This document shows positions 58,741-64,000 of a stretch of DNA of 64,000 nt, in pieces (the first letter of the stretch is position 1; each line of letters starts with the position of its first letter). This DNA is from Macrostomum lignano (lineage: Eukaryota). A model generated the notes under the pieces. That model did no database searches and was not told where the DNA came from. It was given only the letters and a program-made list of their open reading frames with translations. The DNA is taken from positions 682,001 to 746,000 of the forward strand of contig NIVC01000176.1 of the NCBI GenBank assembly GCA_002269645.1, written 5' to 3'. A program made the position numbers and the translations under genes.

Positions 58741-60207
58741 ATGGCGTCATCCGCCTCTTTAACCCCCGCTGAAGCCGGGGCCCCGGCAACTCCGGCCGGT
58801 GACTCTGGCACCAGCGCCGCCCCACCGGGGGCAGATGGGCTTGCCGCCGGCTCGGCTGGTGACATGCCCGCACGCGCAACCGGGCCCTCCGCTGAAGCCC
58901 GACGCACCCGCAACCAACGCCGCAACGAGCGGCGACGGCGACTACGGGGTACTGCGGGCCGGCCACCGGCGGAAGGGGAACCTAGGGAGGGCGAGGCTGC
59001 TGTTGGGCCGAAAGGAACCACAGCAACCCCTGCCCCCCAGGATACAACCCCCGCTGGTGAGCCACCCAGTATACCTGCTACAAGCGCGGCCGGGCCTTCG
59101 GGAACCGCCGCCACCAACTACGCCTCAAAGGTCAAGCTCCAACCGGCGGTCATCGTCTTCGGGGAAGAGCAGGACCTCACGGCCGACGAGCTCGACAGTG
59201 CCTGGCGCACCATCGATGCTGCGCTCATCGACCAGCTCCTGGCGGGCCGCCCTGTGAGCGTGGTCAAGTCTGCCAAGACCGACGGCTGCATCTTCATCTG
59301 GTGCAGCTCGGAGGAGAGCAGCCGCAATCTACGCGAGCTTCTGCCAAAGCTGAACTGGCCCAAGAAGCTCGGCAAGCTCGTCTTCGCCAGCGAGGGCGAA
59401 CGACAGAAGACCCAGCGCTTTCGCGTCTGGATCCCGGCCGGCAGTGCCATTAAGTCCGGAGATCAGCTTAGGCAAATATTGCTAAAGCTGCACCCCGACC
59501 TTAAGGTCAACGGGCTCCTACACCACGCCACTTCCCGCAAGGAGAAGGGGGCTACGGTGATCCTAGGGCTCTCTGATGACTGGGCTAAGCGCTTGCCGCC
59601 TAAGTCCACAATTCATATTGGTCTGACTCAGCTGACCATCCTCCGTTGCGAGGAGCGGAAAGCTGATGAAGCCAAGAATGCCAAAGCTTCCGAAACCGGA
59701 ACTGGGGCCCAGGCTCCTCCGGCAAAGAAGCCGAGGCAAACGGCCGATCCTATGCCCGGTAAGGCAGTTCGCGCTGCTGAAACCGGAAATCGCAATCGCA
59801 GACCCGCCAGGAGCACCCGGAGGTCCGGCCTGATCCAGCGCGCGCTGGACCAGGCCAAGAACCTTCGTGCGCATCGTGAGCGGGCCCGCGCTTCTCGCGC
59901 TCCACCCCAACAGCCAGAAGGCCAGACTCTAAGCGGGGAGGCTCCGACCGACTGGTTCGAGTCTGTGACTCACCAGGAGGCTGGCGCCACCCGCATCGAC
60001 CTGACCGACGAGGCAGAGGGGACGGGCAGTGACAGCACCGAAGCACGCAGGAGAGGCGACGGTAACGTCCACGCTGGGCTCACGTCCGCGGAGGACTCCA
60101 CAGCCACCCTAACTGCTGAGGACGCTGAAACTCCCATGGAGGTCTGCGGGTCACCCACCACTGAAAAGGAGGAGGATGACCTGCTCAACGATTCCCCAAC
60201 TGCGTGA
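58741..60207 (+). CDS. ORF1 (gag-like) of the non-LTR retrotransposon, 488 aa
   Basis: Long open frame directly preceding ORF2; no zinc knuckle recognised. Confidence 0.75.
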   Translation: MASSASLTPAEAGAPATPAGDSGTSAAPPGADGLAAGSAGDMPARATGPSAEARRTRNQRRNERRRRLRGTAGRPPAEGEPREGEAAVGPKGTTATPAPQDTTPAGEPPSIPATSAAGPSGTAATNYASKVKLQPAVIVFGEEQDLTADELDSAWRTIDAALIDQLLAGRPVSVVKSAKTDGCIFIWCSSEESSRNLRELLPKLNWPKKLGKLVFASEGERQKTQRFRVWIPAGSAIKSGDQLRQILLKLHPDLKVNGLLHHATSRKEKGATVILGLSDDWAKRLPPKSTIHIGLTQLTILRCEERKADEAKNAKASETGTGAQAPPAKKPRQTADPMPGKAVRAAETGNRNRRPARSTRRSGLIQRALDQAKNLRAHRERARASRAPPQQPEGQTLSGEAPTDWFESVTHQEAGATRIDLTDEAEGTGSDSTEARRRGDGNVHAGLTSAEDSTATLTAEDAETPMEVCGSPTTEKEEDDLLNDSPTA

Positions 60208-60209
60208 TA

Positions 60210-63200
60210 ATGATCAGCAACCAGGGAATCCATTGCCTGCAGATTAATCTGCAGCACTGCGTCGCAGCCTCGGTCAACCTTATGCGTTACGCCGAGCTCG
60301 ACAAGCCGGGGCTCATCCTCGTCCAGGAACCCTGGACTCTCAGAGGTAAGCCTCAAAACGCCCCTGCTGGCTACAATTGTTTTTATACTTACCCTCGCGA
60401 GGCCAACCAGCCTCCCAGAGCTTGCATCTTTGCGAGCAAAACGCTCAGTGCGTGGCTCAGATCGGACCTGTCCAACAGGGACATCTGCGTCATCCAATCC
60501 GAGGACCTTCTTCCTGGGAAGACCACCCTCATTGCCTCGGTTTACCTACCAGGCGATGCTGCGGTCGTCCCCAGAGCCCTCGCTACGCTGGTAGAGCTCT
60601 GCTCTGCCAAAAACTACGAGCTCATGGTTGCCGGCGACATCAACGCCCACCACACTCACTGGGGCAGCACTGGCATTAATCAGAGAGGCGAAGACCTCCT
60701 AGCCTACGTTGCCTCTACGACCCTCGAGTTCTGCAACTCTGGGTCCACCCCTACCTTTGACAACGGACGGTGGTCGGAGGTGATCGACGCTACGCTCGCA
60801 ACGCCCAGACTCTACCAGAGTATTGGGGCGTGGCGGGTGCTTCCAGTGTCCTCACTATCGGATCACAAGTTCATCTCCTTCAACCTAATGGCCGCGCGTA
60901 GCGCAACTCGTGTTATGTGGAGACGGAACGCCAGAAATACTGATTGGGAAACCTTCGGGCTCGCCCTGAAGGAATTCCATCGGTCTCCTGGCCAACCATT
61001 CACGATCACGTCGTGCCGAGAGGCGGATGAGTGCGCGACTGTTTTGACAGAGACGCTAACCGCCGCCTTTGAGGCGTCCTGCCCTTTAAAAGCCTATAAA
61101 GGGAAAAAATCGGCGCCGTGGTGGAATCCCGAGCTCGGCAACCTCCGTCGCAGGGCTAAGAGACTCCACCGCAGAGCAACTAAAACTAAGAGCCCTGCAG
61201 ACCAAACCGCCTATCATGAAGCAATTCATGAGTTTAAAAGGCAGGTTAGGAATGCAAAGGCTCAAAAATGGCGACAATACTGTGAGGAGCTAGAGGGCTC
61301 ACGCCCCACCTCCAGAGTTGTGAAAGCGCTCACGCTGGACAAAATGTCTAAGCTCTCCTCGGTCAAACGCACCGACGGTACGTCCACGGACAACCCAGGG
61401 GAAACGCTTGATGTAATGCTCACTGCGTTTTTCCCTAACGAGCCAGCTAACCAGACCACTCCGGATCACTCGGAGGGAGGTCACGCGCTGGCTGCATCTA
61501 TCATCACGGAGGACCGCATTGTGAGAGCGGCAAATTCCTTCAAGCCTTTCAAAGCCCCAGGACCCGACGGCATTGTACCGGCCCTTCTAAGAGAGGCGGT
61601 TAAATGCCCAGGCTTCCTGCGCAAACTTTGCAGCCTTCTTCGGGCATGCATCACGCTTGGTTATGTCCCGCAGGCATGGACCGAGGCAAAGGTGATCTTT
61701 ATCCCTAAGCCAGGCCGCCCGGACTACCATTCTATCAAATCCTTCAGACCGATCAGCTTGACCTCCTCCCTGGTCAAGCTGATGGAGAGACTGGTGCTTT
61801 GGCGCCTTCTCTCTGTTGAGCTGAAGAACAAACCTCTCAGCGAGAACCAGCACGCTTTTCGGGCGGGTCGCTCCACTGAAAGCGCGCTGCACGTCCTGGT
61901 CGATAAACTCGAGAAGGCCGTGCTTGGTAGTGGCTTTGCTCTGGGGATCTTCCTGGACATCATTGGCGCCTTCGATAACGTCCTCTTTGAGGCGTTCCGA
62001 AGAGCTCTTTGTGAGAGGCTAACGCACTCACATCTCACCAGATGGATCATGTACATGATCAGCCATCGCACGGCCACCGCCAGTCTGCTGGGCTACCAGA
62101 GGACGGTCCCCGTCTGCAAAGGTAGCCCGCAAGGTGGGGTGCTGTCTCCAGTTCTCTGGAATATGGTCATCGATGAGCTCCTCCGGGATGTTCGGCCTGA
62201 CCCCATTCTGAAAGTTGGATATGCGGACGATGTCACCGCGGTGGCATCTGGTCCGTCCCCTGATACCCTCAGGGACCTTCTTCAGAACTTCATCTACGCT
62301 GCTGAGCAATGGGCGGACCGCTGTGGTTTAAGGCTCTCTGAGACTAAGACCGCAGCGATCATGTTCACCAGCAGGACCAAGTGGCAGATTCGGCCGCTCA
62401 CGCTTTACGGAAGGGAAATCCCCTTCTGCAAGCAGACTAAATGTCTGGGTATTACCCTGGACCACAGGCTGAACTGGTCTCCCCACGTTCAAACAAAAGC
62501 CAAAAAGGCCTTCGCAGTCCTCGCGCAATTGCGCAGGGCCGTCGGCACCACCTGGGGGCTCACCCCCAAGCGCCTCTGGTGGATCTACACTGCAATGGTT
62601 AGGCCCGCTATCTCGTATGGCGGCCTGATCTGGGCTAGCGCCCTGCAGATAAAGACCTGTCTAGAGGCTCTCAGGAGAGCGCAAGGGCGCGCTTGTCGCA
62701 CGATCATGAGCGCCCCTCCGTCTGCTCCTTACGATGGCCTCAACGCCTTCCTCAACATTCCTCCGCTGGACATCTTTGTCCGCAGGGAAGCGGCTAAGAC
62801 TGCCCGCCGTCTAGCTGACGCTGGCATTCGAATCCAGCCCCATAGGGCCATGGCTAAGCGCAAGCTTCTGCCCCACGCTGACCTCTGCCTCAAGGACTTG
62901 AGAGACAGCGGCGGGCTCCACGTCCTATCTGACGGCGAACCCCGCACTCTCAACCTCTTTCAGCGCTACAAGGTCACCATCCCCTCTAGGGATGCTGCCA
63001 ATGACCACTGGAATTTCCAGGAGGTCCATTGCTACACGGACGGATCCATCAAAGACGGTCGCGCCGGCTTTGGGGTCTGCATCATCATCAACGGCCGCGT
63101 AATTGCCACGCATGCCCAGCACACTGGTAGACTCTCCACAGTCTTCCAGAACGAAGTCCTTGCCATCAGCTCTTGCGCTGCAGAGCTAAACGCCAAGGTT

Positions 63201-63913
63201 ACGAGAGGAAAGACTATTGTCATCCACTCCGACAGCCAAGCGGCCTTACAGGCCCTTTGCCACACCACAACGAACTCCCGGACAGTCGCCGACTGCGCCC
63301 GGCAGCTCAACCTCCTGGCCAGAAGCAATACTGTCAGGCTGAAGTGGATCCCAGGGCACGCAGGGTTTCCGGGGAACGAGCTGGCAGACACCCTCGCCAA
63401 GAGGGGCGGCTCTGGCTCTTTTTTCGGCCCTGCCCCCTGGTCCCTATGCCCTTGACAGTCATCAATCGTCAGATCGACGACTGGGCTGACTCCCTCCACA
63501 GGGACAGATGGGCGGGCACCCAAAACTGCCGGCAATCTCGTGCCGCGGTTCCTTGCCCGTCTCACAGGCTCAGAAACATCCTTCTGAACCAGAATCGGAA
63601 GGATATTCGAGCCCTTGTCATGACCCTTACCGGCCATGGCTACCTCGCCAGGCACTGCTTCCTCCGAGGCGACCTCGAGAGCGAAATTTGCCCCTTTTGC
63701 GAGTGCGACAATGAAGATGCTCAGCACTTTGTCTGTCACTGCCCTTTCTTTAACAGAGACCGGCTACGCTACCTCGGGCCGAACCCGTCCATTGACGAGG
63801 TTTGCCAGCCCGACAGCATCCCACGGCTCATCCAGTTCCTTCGGGCGACTAGACGAGCCAGTTTCTTCCCAACGGAAGATCACGCTGCAGGACGGACCGG
63901 CGGACCACCCTGA
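60210..63913 (+). CDS. ORF2 polyprotein: APE endonuclease, reverse transcriptase, RNase H, CCHC; single 1-nt frameshift in the C-run 63433-63437
   Basis: APE: QINLQH, VQEPW, SVYLP, GDINAHH..WGS, SDH. RT: FRPISLTS, QGGVLSP, YADD. RNase H: YTDGS, E, SDSQAAL, WIPGHAG..GNE.AD. After the shift: LTGHG..CPFC..EDAQHFVCHC. Confidence 0.92.
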
Positions 63914-64000
63914 CCGGCCCCACGCCTCTGCCTGTCTGCGGGCCTTCAGGGGCTAGCGGAATGGGCGACCCTCGCCTCCCCGCTGTGTCTACGGACCACC

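Larger units (their letters stand above)
58300..64000 (+). mobile_element. Non-LTR retrotransposon with APE-RT-RNase H (LOA/R1/Tad-like, I group); 5' boundary approximate, 3' end probably beyond the window
   Basis: Two long ORFs in tandem with domain order ORF1, APE, RT, RNase H, C-terminal CCHC. Confidence 0.9.

Overview
Eukaryotic (animal) genomic DNA with GC-rich, low-complexity exons and introns filled with mini/microsatellites. The style is flatworm-like (e.g. Macrostomum), but the host cannot be verified from the sequence. Four spliced host genes lie on the + strand: NOP2 (7749-12619, with three SNORD82-like box C/D snoRNAs in or next to it), ZMYND11/BS69 (14281-21627), MAP3K1/MEKK1 (27078-35970, one GC-AG intron) and a stand-alone calpain-5-type C2-domain gene (42156-57102). 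The second intron of the C2 gene holds a Maverick/Polinton endogenous virus-like element with both ends intact (44512-55461, AGTAGT termini, 6-bp TSD ACGAAC). Four core genes of the element are broken: pPolB by an internal deletion, integrase by a nonsense codon, major capsid by a 1-nt deletion and penton by a 19-nt inverted duplication. It nevertheless carries an intact, divergent TATA-binding protein (TBP) homolog, a possible PC4-like ORF, a spliceosomal intron in the integrase, and TATAA boxes 52-54 nt upstream of four of its start codons. This looks like a self-encoded transcription-initiation module and is the standout observation. Also present: an inverted Penelope-like GIY-YIG fragment pair with hammerhead-like motifs, a young RNase H-containing non-LTR retrotransposon (58741 to the window end), tRNA-derived SINEs and MITE-like repeats.
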